Below, piece after piece: positions 52,879 to 64,000 of a stretch of DNA of 64,000 nucleotides. Numbering within the stretch: position 1 is the first letter of the stretch; every line of letters starts with the position of its first letter. The notes beneath the pieces were generated by a model, which was given only the letters and a program-made list of their open reading frames with translations, did no database searches and was not told the DNA's origin. Source of the stretch: Batkoa obscura (taxonomy: Eukaryota); contig JASVEC010000011.1 of NCBI GenBank assembly GCA_030770535.1, positions 1,116,001-1,180,000 on the forward strand, in the 5' to 3' direction. The position numbers and the translations under genes were made by a program.

Positions 52879-53622
52879 ATATAGAATCAGTAACTTAATT
52901 GTCAATAATAAATGAAACAGACATAATTTTTAAAAAGTATAAAAAAACAAAAAAAATAAAATAAAAACAAATAACACAAGGTATTAAAAAGTATTTACAT
53001 TTATTAAATGTAATAATAAATTATACTGTCATCCAGTATTTAATAGATTAAAAAAAAGTGATATAATTCCAATTAAAGTTATAGAGTTTATAGAAAATAG
53101 AAAAATTAAAAGATCAACCCCAGCTTATCTTACAAAAATAACTGAAAATTTAAAAGCTTCAATATTTATTAAGCAAGTAGCTTATTAAATGATAGAGATC
53201 AATTACTAAATGTTGATATTACTTAAATTATTAATAGCTAAGTTAATAAATAGTCAAAGAGCAAGTAGTTGTAATAATAAATAAAAACTATTATTATATT
53301 GGTTGTATTATATAGGGATGATTAATTATAGTTTTAGGGCTAATCACTTCCTTTTATACAGCTATTTATTAACTTAATGATATATTAATAGTGTAATTAT
53401 AAAACTAAAATAATTTATTTATTTGATAGCAAATCTGCAATGTTGGCTATAAAACAGTTAATAATAAAGATTTTTCAATGAAGTTTTATAAGGATATGCA
53501 TTTATTTACATAATACAACTTTAATCAATATTAATATATAAGTTATATTAGTAAAAGCCTTGCTAATCCGGGAAGTTTCTATTAAATTTAATTTTTTTTG
53601 CTAATTTACAATATAAAGGTAT

Positions 53623-53721
53623 GGGGATACTTTTTTTGGCTTCATTATTTTTTCCATTTTTTAAGCGCTATTTGAGTAGAAAAATTGTTAGTAAAATTCT
53701 TGAACAAAAAAATACATCCCC
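53623..53721 (-). mobile_element. MITE family A
   Basis: Identical by eye in sequence and host position to 48392-48490. Confidence 0.85.
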
Positions 53722-55119
53722 ATATATCCTTTCAAAAGTACTAATGTAACCAACTTTGTAGTACTATTAATTTCATTTGTATATCAAAGAACTCAAATCG
53801 AAATTTGATTCTAAAACCAACTAATAAGTTTAGAATCAAATAAAATTTCCCACAATCTTTTCAATCCAGCCGTATAAATATTATTTTTTCTTATCTTTCT
53901 CCTTTGAGTTTCAAATTCAACTTTCTAGTTTTTATTTTGTTGAAAGTAAATATGGGAGATATACAGCGAACCACTTGAACGGAATGGTTTTTTTTATGAA
54001 GAGTTGGAAAAAAAGCTAAATTTTCATACTCTTTTTGAAAAATGTGGGCTGAGTTGGTATTATTGTAATGTTTTTGGAAGGTTGGAAGAGAGATTAAGGG
54101 GTTTGTTTACATAACAAAGTGAAAAGCTTGAACCGGCGTTTGAGTGGAAGCTTATTAAACCTACTAGAACCTTTGAAAAAGGGGGAAAGTGGGTTATCTT
54201 TTTTTAATAATTTGATTGAAAGAGGGAACCGAATATGGTCCTGGAGTCAAAGTACTGAATTAAAAAACTATTTAACTAAATAATGAGATACCATACTTAA
54301 CATAACTTCATCTTGTATAGTTGCTATATAATTTTGTATACAAGCCAATGAAAGCTTATTCACTGCGATTTGAAATTGAAATACCAAATAAAGCCAAACT
54401 GGGCGATATGTTATGGTTTATTACCTAGTTGAAGGTGATTGATAGATAATTTTTATATACGAGAAGAGATGATATGAGTCTGCTATGATTCTTTTTTAAA
54501 CTATTGAATAAAAATGTTTTTGATTAAATAAATAAAACAGCTTTTAATTTCTTGAAATAATTTTAATATAAAGATTGTATATGGATGAAGAATAATTGAT
54601 CATGAACGGGTATAGAATACAGAGCATTAGTAATTTTATTCCGATTATAAAATCCTTATTTTCTTAAAATAATTAAATTATGACTTATAAGTTATAATAT
54701 AAGATGTTTTTGTTATTTCAACATTTGTCCAATGTTTTTCAGACTTTTGCTCAGCAAAAAGCGGGCAAAATAGTGAGACTTAAAAACCTCATATTATTTT
54801 TAATAAAAGCTACCTTTAATATCATCTTACTCTATTGTCCATTTCATTCAATTAAATAAAGCTTATAAGACTATCAGAATATCATGTATATATTACTTAC
54901 AACATACACCCTTTAAATTTTAGCTATATCATTTCCTAAGTTCTTATTGTCATTTTAATTGTCATTCTAACAAACTATGTAATACCAAATGCTTAAATTC
55001 TTCCCACCAATAAAAATCTGTTACTAAGTTTCAAGCTATAAAAAGTAACTATAACCTATAGTTTATACTTTTACTAAACAAACATACTTGAAATTATCTA
55101 TAAGAAAAAGAAAACGAAA

Positions 55120-57818
55120 ATGTCCACTTGTCCACATATAGCGAATACTGAATTTAAAATAGCTAATCCCAATTTAGATTATTATCCAGAAGAATGTTAT
55201 TATTGTTTTGATGATCAGGTAAGCATCTATTTTCATTTCTACTTTAATATTCATTTCCATATCCATTAACTATTATAAAAATCAAATTCCGTAACTGATC
55301 AATTTCAAATTTAAATATCAGGACACTTCGCCTGGTGTTTCTGTATGTCTCAGTTGTTTATTTGTTGGTTGTGAAGGAGATGGGGAGAATGGAGAACGTA
55401 TGAAACATAGTGAGTTGCATAAAATGAAATACCCTTCTCATAATATCGTGTTGAATATTAAAAGAGATACAATTGAAAAAGAAGGGAGTAGAGTAAGTTT
55501 TGGATTATTGATCTAAAATAAAAAATGTGTTAATTTATGGGTTTATTTAGGATGAAGAAGGAGCACCAAGCCCTAAACTAACAAAACTGGAGATTGTTGA
55601 TGAAGAAAATAAAGTTGACTATCAAATGACTTATCAACCTAAATGTTTAGAGTGCAAAATTCAACTAAATAGGGGTGTAGATGAAAGGGTAATATATTAA
55701 TTATCTTCTCCTTAATGTTTTATGTTGACTTTATTCTTATTTCATTTAGTTAGATAAAGCCATCACTGCTATAGAAACTGGTACCTCTTCTTTACAACGT
55801 AGTACTGTACAATCTTGGCAACCAAGTAAAAATTCATGTGAGCATGTGATTGGTGTTCATCAATTAGAGAATTTACCAAAGATTACTCAAGATGGTAAAT
55901 ATAATTATTTAACAATTATTTACTTTATCAATTTTATTCTTATTTAATAATAGTAAAATGTGAAGATTGTGATTTAAAAGAAAATTTGTGGTTATGTTTA
56001 ACATGTGGTAACCTTGGATGTGGTCGAAAACATTATGATGGGTCTGGTGGTAATGAACATGGATTAAATCATTTTCAACTAAAAGGTCATGGGGCTTGTG
56101 TTAAATTAGGTACTATTACAGCTGATGGGACAGCAGGTAAATTAATTTATTTAATAATAATAGATCCTTTTTAAATAATAATAGATATTTATTGTTATCG
56201 ATGTGATGATGAAATGATTGATCCAGAACTTAATATTCATCTTAAACCCTTTGGTATTGAATTAGAAGAACAAATTAAAACAGAAAAGAATATGATGGAA
56301 TTACAATTAGAACATAATTTGAAGTATGAATTTAATATGACAACAGAAGATGGTCATATGTTAACTCCATTATCTGGACCTGGCTATACAGGACTTAAAA
56401 ATTTTGGTAATACTTGTTATTTAAATTCAACTTTACAAGTTTTGTTGAGTATTCAACAATTTAAAGATTTTTTGTTGACAGTGGGTAAACAGCATGTAAT
56501 TGAATGTTACGAGAACCCTTTAAATTGTTTATTTTGCCAATTAGTAAAATTAGCAGATGGGATTTATTCTGGGAGATATAGTAAATTAAACGAAAATAAT
56601 GTACAAGATGATCAACAACAACATCAAGAAGGCATTACACCTATTATGCTTAAAAAATTAGTAGGTAAGGGACATGATGAATTTTCAACAATGAGACAAC
56701 AAGATGCTTATGAATATTTTATACATTTATTAAATCAATTAGAAAGATTAGAAAATTTGCATTCCTTTGATACTATGGGAACCAAATTATTTAAGTTTGA
56801 ATTGGAACAAAAATTACAATGTTTACAATGTAATAAAGTAAAATATTCAACTTCAACAGCCACTTCTCTTTCTCTTCCAGTACCCGTAATTAAAGATACG
56901 AGTTCAGAGGAGGACAATAAGTATTTAGAAGTGGAATTGGAAGAATGTTTTAAATTATTTTTTAGTAATGAAATCATTGAGAATTATCATTGTCCTAATT
57001 GTAAAACAGGATGTAAAGCAAGTAAAATTACTAAGTTTTTAACTTATCCTGAGATTTTATTAATTAGTTTAAATCGATTTGCATTAATTAATTGGATCCC
57101 AACTAAATTAGAAATTCCTGTAAAAATGCCAATAAATGATGATATTAGTCAATTATTACAACAACATAAAGCAGATATCCATCCAGATAATGAAGAATTA
57201 TTACCTGAAGGTAAAGAAGTAGAAGATGAGTTTATAGCTAATGAAATGGATGTAGAACAATTGATGATGATGGGATTTACTAGAAATAAATGTATTCGAG
57301 GTTTAAAAGCCGCAAATTCTGATAAAGAAGCAGCAATTGCTTGGATTTTTGATCATTTAGAAGATCCAGATATTGATGAACCTCTGTCAACTAATAATAA
57401 TAACAGTGATAATGATAATAGTGAATTTACACCGACAATGGAACAAATTATGATCTTAGCTTCTATGGGATTTCCTGAAGATCATGCAATTTCTGCAATT
57501 AAAGCAACAAATGGAGATATGGATAGAGCAGTAGAATGGATCTTTAATCATCCGATTGGAAATATTATTGATGATCATCAAACCCAATCTCAAACAATTG
57601 ACAATAGTAATCAATATAATAATGGCTATGATAATGTAAATCAAAGTTATAAATTAAAATCTTTTATATCTCATAAAGGTACTTCAGTACATACAGGTCA
57701 TTACGTAGCTCATATCAATTTAAACCAAGAATGGACTTTATTTAATGATAATAAAGTAGCCAATCAACCTAATCCACCTATGGAAAATGCTTATGTTTAT
57801 CTATTTCAAAGGGAATAA
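55120..57818 (+). CDS. UBP14: ubiquitin C-terminal hydrolase Ubp14/USP5 (isopeptidase T), ~6 exons
   Basis: ZnF-UBP (NLWLCLTCGNLGCGR...GGNEH...VKLGTIT), Cys box GLKNFGNTCYLNS, QQDAYE, two UBA domains (MMGF, SMGF), His box HKGTSVHTGHYV, FND. Confidence 0.95.
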
Positions 57819-57978
57819 AGTCAAACTATTAAGTTGTGTAATTACATTATTGGAATTATTATCAAATATATGTTATTATATTATTATATCATTTTAATAA
57901 AACTTTGTTCTTTTTTATTTTAATATAATTTTTTTTTTAAATAATGATATTACTTAGAATAATAAAAAATAGATCAAA

Positions 57979-59782
57979 TCAACATTGGTTTACTTTAGCA
58001 TGATCAATTTTAAAAGAAACCAAAGGCCAAGCTATTACACATTCATATAACTTGTCTCTACCATAATTAAAATCAACTTGTTTTAATTGATTTAGTTTTT
58101 CCTTTTCAGCTAATAAAACAGCCCCCAATAGTGGTATAACTAAAAATATACTACTAAATAAAAAGGGATCCCAATAATTATCAATCTCATGGTGATATAC
58201 TTTCATTATATTTAAATAAGCTAATATCATCTTAGGTTTATATATATTTTCAATTTCATTAATTCTATCTACTTGAACTAAAGAATGCTTCTTATCCTTT
58301 TCAATATTAGCTGTAATAATTAACGCTTGATAAGCTTCCATTTGTATCACTTGTAGCATAAGATATAATTGTAATCTCAATAATAAGGTGTTATCTTCAA
58401 TGCAAGTATGTGTATTAAAATCTCTACTATTAAACTGTAAGCTACAGACATTAGAATTACTAATTTCAATTGCATTTAAAAAAAATTGTCGATATTTTTT
58501 TAATTCTTCTTCTCCATCTTTACCTAACATTATTTCATATTTAGTTGTATAAACTTTACCCCATAAATATACTAGTCTAGGAAACTGAATCAAATGACTT
58601 AAACAGCTTTTATTATGATGCCTAAGGTATTTGTTATAGTATAAGCTAGTATTAGGAGACTAAAAAACAAGCTCATATTAAATATATAATATATTATAGT
58701 ATTACTATTTAACTTACCTCACTAGAAGTATCTGAATCTTTATCATAAGATAACGAAGGTGGTGTCAATGATAATCCATTACTTTTAACTGAGTCTTTCC
58801 TATCAATATTCATACTTCCATTATACGCACTATTTTCTCTACCAAAAATCTCACTATCAATCCTTTGTATTTCTTCAATATAACTTTGTTCCAAAAATTG
58901 TGTTGGTGTCAATGTCGGTTTTTTTGTAAACATAGCTATTATTTGATCATAAAAAATACAAGTAATCCATGTGGTTACCCTTTCAAACCTATTTTCAGTA
59001 TCATTTAATTTAGTAATTGGCTCAGTATAACTGATAAGGTTATGTAAGTTCAAGATATGTGCTCTAGCCATAATTTTCACATCTCTTTGGGAACACATGT
59101 CTTTTAAGTTTTGTCCAAACTCTTCAAAACCAATAAGAATTTCTGCTTGTAAATCGGATAAGCTTTGATAACTATTATTGTTTTGTAATAGGTGGATGGC
59201 ATGGTTATAAAATCTATCTTCATTTAATGATGGGTTTAAAGTGGACTTATTTTTTATCTGTTGTAAATAACGGTGCGTTTTACATAATATAGCACAGATC
59301 AATGGGGAGTTGATATCCACTTCTGATTGATAAGAGCGTAACTTTTCTAAACTTATAAATGGTAATGTTGGATGACAATGATCAATAAAGACCCTCATTA
59401 GATAATTTAAGTATGGTTGCTTGACTCTTTTAGTCATACTTGTACTTGTATTGTTACTTATAAAATTACTTAGCATATTTTCTCTCAAATTAAAATTCAT
59501 GTTAAATCCATCATTATTATAAAAATTATTGCATCCATATTGACCAGTACTACTATCCATTTTCACACCGTTCCATTTGGTCAACTTATCCAACCCTAAC
59601 TTTTTTATTATTCCTTCAAGATAAGTCACCTTTTTCCTTATTTCTGATACTTTAACCCTAGGTTGTCTAGCTACCTCTGGGTACGCACAGCACCAGTCTT
59701 TGGTATTACACCGGGTACACAAGGGTTGAGCCCCATCACATTTCTTTTTATCTTTACGACAGCGTAAACAAGCAACTACCAT
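57979..59782 (-). CDS. Zn(II)2Cys6 transcription factor with fungal-specific TF domain, 2 exons
   Basis: ACLRCRKDKKKCDGAQPLCTRCNTKDWCCAY; FIDHCHPTLPFI middle homology region; intron ~58717-58662 joins the two ORFs. Confidence 0.88.
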
Positions 59783-60728
59783 TTTTTATTACGTCGTTTG
59801 AGATTGAGGAATTGAAAACTAAAAAGCTCAAATAAAGTACAGAAGGTTTTTTATGTCAATTTGAATGGTTGAATATAACTCAATTGTTATAGGTGGATTT
59901 TAAATCTACTGCGTAGGGTGAGATTGTTGACCAAATCAATTAATTCCAGCATTAATTTTTTCATATTGCAGCCTTTTCTCTTACATTTTTAAGTGTATTT
60001 ATACTCATTAAAATGCCTATTGTAATCAAAAGTTAGTAAATGGTTGATATAATACAGCCAACTGTAATAATAATTTATAGGATTTTGACCAGAGAGGAAT
60101 AGTGGAGTCTTAATAATGGATTAATTTGGAAATATTATCTAATGCTTAGTTTTGCAAAATCTTACATAGAAAGGCAATTTCAAAAAAGTAATAGTTTATT
60201 GTATTTATGATTAGTGATAGTAAAAAGGGTTTTACTTTGTAGTCCTTTAAATATTATATATCGATGAACTTACTCTCAATTTTTAAAGCTACTCATTTTA
60301 TCTCATTGAGTTTTCCACTATATTGAATAAATCTTCCATTATAAGTTGTTAGTCGAAATGAAGTGTTTTTTTAATAATCGGAGTTGAGTTATTTTTTGAA
60401 AAAATATGATCGGACTTATAAATTACCAAATATTTATTATTTTCGATGAAAATTAGTGTTAAACTTAAACTTAAATTGTTTACATAATAACATTTCAAAC
60501 TCAAAGAGCAATTATATACATCTTAAAAGACATTATTAAATTCAAAATTAATTCATATAAATAACGATAGTTCAAAATATAAGCAACAGTCATGAAAAAA
60601 ATGATACAAGAGTTAATATAAACTATAAATTTTAAAAAATACAGTAAAAAATTGAGCTAAAACTACATTTATTCATAAATAAAAATATATCACCCTCTTC
60701 TATATACAACTTATTACTTTCTCTCACT

Positions 60729-62447
60729 TTATTTCTTCTTCCCACCCTTTCCCAAGCTATCTTCAACGAGTCCCAATAACCAAAGATTTAATCGTACCAT
60801 CATAGCAAAACTTTCGACTTCCATCAACCCTTTTAAATACAATTCACCTGAAATCAAACTACTTTGTAGCCCAATATCCTCTTTCTTTTTATACCTTTTA
60901 ACGAACATTAAACATTGAGCCAGTTGAGCTATCCCAAAAGTAAGCATATGAAATTTAGGTAGTAAATCAGCATATTTAATAATCTGTTGACATTGTAATA
61001 AAGTATTATTAATCTGTTCAATATCAGTCGGTGGAGTTTCAGTAATGGCTTTATCGGAATGAGTCGGTGTATAAAATTTTAATGAATTTATAAAATAGTT
61101 ATGATAATGATAATTAAATAGTATATGATTTTTAAACTGGTTGATTATTTCTAGCTTATTCTTAACACCCTTAAAATTGCCCAATTTTGTAAATAACATA
61201 ACATATTTAAAGGATATTTGTTTTAATTGGTTTAATAATTCTTTGCTCTTGTTAGCCAACTGGGAAGGCGATTGATTGCAATTAATGTGCTCGTTTTTTA
61301 ATAGACATAAATCATATATTAAAATAGCCAACTCATTATAATAAGAACTAAAGAGAATATGACATACTTTAGTTAAATTTAACTCCCTTTTTCTATTGTT
61401 GTTAGCTAATTGGACTTGTATGGTTTTAAAGACTGCCATTAAAGCCTCCGATTTAAAAGGAATAGGCAAATAATTACCAGCTAAGACATTGGAATTTAAA
61501 TGTAAATAAATTAAAGCAGAATAAGCTAATCCTCGTTCTTGATTATGAGTTTTTGATAATTTGTAACATGTTTTATGAGTAGCTAAAAAAGTAGTGATCC
61601 TGTAAGCCTGAGCTAATAATTTTTCTTTTAATTTACCGAGCCATGAGAAAGAAGATAAACTGGAGATGGTGATTATTATAGTCTGTAAATTTTCCAAAGT
61701 TGATGGGATTTTGTAACACAGGTGTAAATTGTTATATAGTTTAGCTTCGAAATACTTTATTAACCTGGTAATAATTGGATCAGGCTTCAACCAAGATAAA
61801 CCGGAGGCTAAGATGGCTGCTTTTAATACGGTATTTTTAGTATCAAATTGAAACTCTCTTTCAATAAATAGAGGTAAAATTAAATTATTATAATTAAAAT
61901 AATGTTGATAAGCTAAATTTAAAATGGTTTGATTTTCATTAGAATGCTGAATACTTTTTTGTTCTAACTTTACCTTTTGTAATTGTTTACGCACAAAGAT
62001 ACCCAACTTTTCCGTTAACTTTAAAAATAAACTTATACCTTCGCTAGGTTTATAAGGGGATGGATATTGAATCAATGTCATTAAATTACCCAACGCTTCT
62101 TTACGTGGAAATTGTTGCATAATGGATATAACGGTATAATTTTTATTAAAATCTTTAGGTAATCTGATCACATTAAACCGGAACTTAGTTTGATAATTGG
62201 AGTCCTCCGTTACCTTTTTCATAATTTCAAATTGTTCTTCAATGGGTTCATTCACTCGAAACGTGGCCACTTTATCTTCAAACTTGTATGTTTGCTTTTT
62301 ATAATTCGTTTTTAAGGTATAGGTGCATGTTACTCCTCTTTGAATACATCGCTCACATTCTGGTAAACTACGGCAGCACTGTCGATGGATCTTTATACAT
62401 TGATTACATCGTAATTGACTCTTGCTCGGTGTTTTTAGGGTTGGCAT
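60729..62447 (-). CDS. Zn(II)2Cys6 transcription factor, intronless
   Basis: RCNQCIKIHRQCCRSLPECERCIQRGVTCTY; YFNYNNLILPLF...AILASG region; 572-aa ORF. Confidence 0.85.
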   Translation of the reverse strand: MPTLKTPSKSQLRCNQCIKIHRQCCRSLPECERCIQRGVTCTYTLKTNYKKQTYKFEDKVATFRVNEPIEEQFEIMKKVTEDSNYQTKFRFNVIRLPKDFNKNYTVISIMQQFPRKEALGNLMTLIQYPSPYKPSEGISLFLKLTEKLGIFVRKQLQKVKLEQKSIQHSNENQTILNLAYQHYFNYNNLILPLFIEREFQFDTKNTVLKAAILASGLSWLKPDPIITRLIKYFEAKLYNNLHLCYKIPSTLENLQTIIITISSLSSFSWLGKLKEKLLAQAYRITTFLATHKTCYKLSKTHNQERGLAYSALIYLHLNSNVLAGNYLPIPFKSEALMAVFKTIQVQLANNNRKRELNLTKVCHILFSSYYNELAILIYDLCLLKNEHINCNQSPSQLANKSKELLNQLKQISFKYVMLFTKLGNFKGVKNKLEIINQFKNHILFNYHYHNYFINSLKFYTPTHSDKAITETPPTDIEQINNTLLQCQQIIKYADLLPKFHMLTFGIAQLAQCLMFVKRYKKKEDIGLQSSLISGELYLKGLMEVESFAMMVRLNLWLLGLVEDSLGKGGKKK

Positions 62448-62835
62448 CTTTAATTTACTGAATTGTTATTTAGATCAAAAAGTAAAGCTTTTTTTAGAAT
62501 TAGTTTGGTCATGTTGTTAAAGATTAGATTCAATTGAGTTTATTTTATTTTTTTCCTAAATTTAGTAGCTTCTGCTTTAATCATCAATTTTAACTTGTAC
62601 CAATCAACTTTGGCAAGTAAAAATTTAAATAGAATTCGAAATAAGTTTAGTAATCAAAAATAATTATATCTTTTAAATAAAATAAATGGCATATGTTAGA
62701 GCTATTGTTATTTTTGTTCAATAATTATAGACTATATATATACATATGAAATAGTTGATATAGACTTAAGCTATTAAACATACTTTTATTGAAGACTCAT
62801 TTTCAAGAACTTTGCTTAAAAAAAATCAAGAATAA

Positions 62836-62934
62836 GTGGATGTATTTTTTTGTTTGAAAATTTTACTAACAATTTTTCCACTCAAATAGCGCTTAAAAAA
62901 TGGAAAAAGTGATGAAACCAGAGAAAACACCTCC
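62836..62934 (+). mobile_element. MITE family A
   Basis: Full length, TSD ATAA/ATAA; ~390 bp upstream of the Zn2Cys6 gene start. Confidence 0.83.
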
Positions 62935-63383
62935 ATAACTTGAACTTCAAGTTAAGCAGTTTTATTACCTAATTGCATGAAAGCAAGTTCAATTTTTACT
63001 CTCAGCTATTACTCTTCTCATTATAATTTTTACCTTGATTCAAAAAGCTCTTGCCTAGTCCATGATCCAAAAGTTCAGTTATCCAATTTTGATAGTCCAA
63101 TCAAGGGTGGCTCAAAGAAGTAAAAATTGAACCAAAGTAAAAATTACAACAGCAAGAGTAATTGTAACAACTTTTTTTAAAATAGCTAGTTTATTATAAA
63201 GTAAACAACTAATGATAAGGTGATAGGGTTAAGTGTCTGATTTTATTATCTTATTATTTTGTATAAATACTTTAACAACAGTTATTTTTAACCTTTGATT
63301 TAGAATTTGACATTTAAATTTAATTATGTTCTGCAAGGCAGTCTCACTGAGTTATAATAAATAATTGAAAGAAAAATAGTATA

Positions 63384-64000
63384 TTAATTTTGTTTATTAA
63401 TAAGTGGACTAATAAAATTTATCGTTCTAATACTACTATTAACAGTTTTGTTCATTAAGCTAGATCTTGATGGCTTTTCTAAACGAGTTAAATGACTTAA
63501 ACTTGTATTTAAAACCGTTTTGTACTTGGAACCGGCTTTTTCATTGTAGCGTGAAAGGAAGACAATACCTTATGAGAATAAACTTATATCATAATTAACT
63601 AAATAGCTCATTGGTATTCGAACAAATAAGTCCAACAATAAAGAGCATTCTTTTAAAACGTTATTTAGATGATCAAAATCAGCCCCAGAATTTGAATGAT
63701 TTATTCTTGATGAATAATCTAAATTGTAAAACTTTAAAGTATAAGCAAAAAATATAATGCTGAGATTGAAATAAAATATGAGTTTGATAAATCCTTATCA
63801 CTGAGGTATATAGCGTACCAGTAAACTTCATTTCAATTTTTGAGAAAAAATTAATATAATGGGCCTTAATACATTTGATTCTCTCAACTAAGAATACTAA
63901 TTTATCACCTAAATCCAAATATAGGTTAGTATTTGGATTTTGGGAATCTTGCTTTAATAAGACAAATGAATGTGTTATTGCTGTCAGGTTATTATAGAAG
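63384..64000 (-). pseudogene. 3' part of a disrupted paralog of the 60729-62447 Zn2Cys6 factor
   Basis: FYNNLTAITHSFVLLKQD vs YYNELAILIYDLCLLKNE; QTHILF...LKFY vs KNHILF...LKFY; DFDHLNNVLKEC...FS*GIVFLSRY vs DIEQINNTLLQC...LAQCLMFVKRY. Frameshift near 63750 and in-frame TAA at 63570-72. Confidence 0.72.

Larger units (their letters stand above)
51495..53622 (+). mobile_element. family B transposon, decayed internal fragment with nested MITEs and a solo LTR
   Basis: cagatttatgtaatatat, gactttaaacaaaatatggaa, tttttgctaagcattatggaaa and gatcaaccccagcttatc are colinear with 45505-46990. Confidence 0.8.

Noticed and set aside
29785..53721. Recurrent ~100-bp repeats as a CRISPR-like array or as tRNA/SINE copies
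   Set aside because: Irregular spacing, both orientations, TIRs and TSDs; no cas genes, A/B boxes or cloverleaf. They are MITEs in a eukaryote.

Overview
Very AT-rich eukaryotic DNA, most likely an early-diverging fungus. The short ~50-60 nt GT-AG introns, Zn2Cys6 factors and poly-Asn proteins resemble Entomophthorales (Conidiobolus/Neoconidiobolus); this is inference only. Two gene-dense arms flank a ~25 kb gene-free island of nested repeats (about 29.6-55.0 kb), with a smaller repeat patch at 19.4-21.4 kb. Left arm: GCP3/Spc98, adenylate kinase, class-3 lipase, Fpk1/Kin82/Nrc-2-type kinase, a pseudogene, an F-box protein, a KH-domain protein, UDP-glucose 4-epimerase, RPL38, a divergent Rae1-like WD40 gene and an ArAE/FUSC-like membrane protein. 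Right arm: Ubp14/USP5, two Zn2Cys6 factors and a pseudogenised paralog. The repeats form a three-part system: (i) a ~2.5-3 kb cut-and-paste transposon with GGGGGTGTCCGAATTGG termini, 4-bp TSDs and a broken DDD transposase, most consistent with the Sola superfamily; (ii) about 30 copies of a ~100-bp MITE with matching termini and 4-bp TSDs; (iii) seven TG...CA solo LTRs. Two transposon copies form a large inverted repeat with a patchwork of identical and diverged blocks. Other highlights are a C-terminal FFAT motif and an obligatory 8-nt microexon in the kinase, and strong C-to-T/G-to-A decay of repeats. Exon and repeat coordinates were read by eye and may be off by a few bases.
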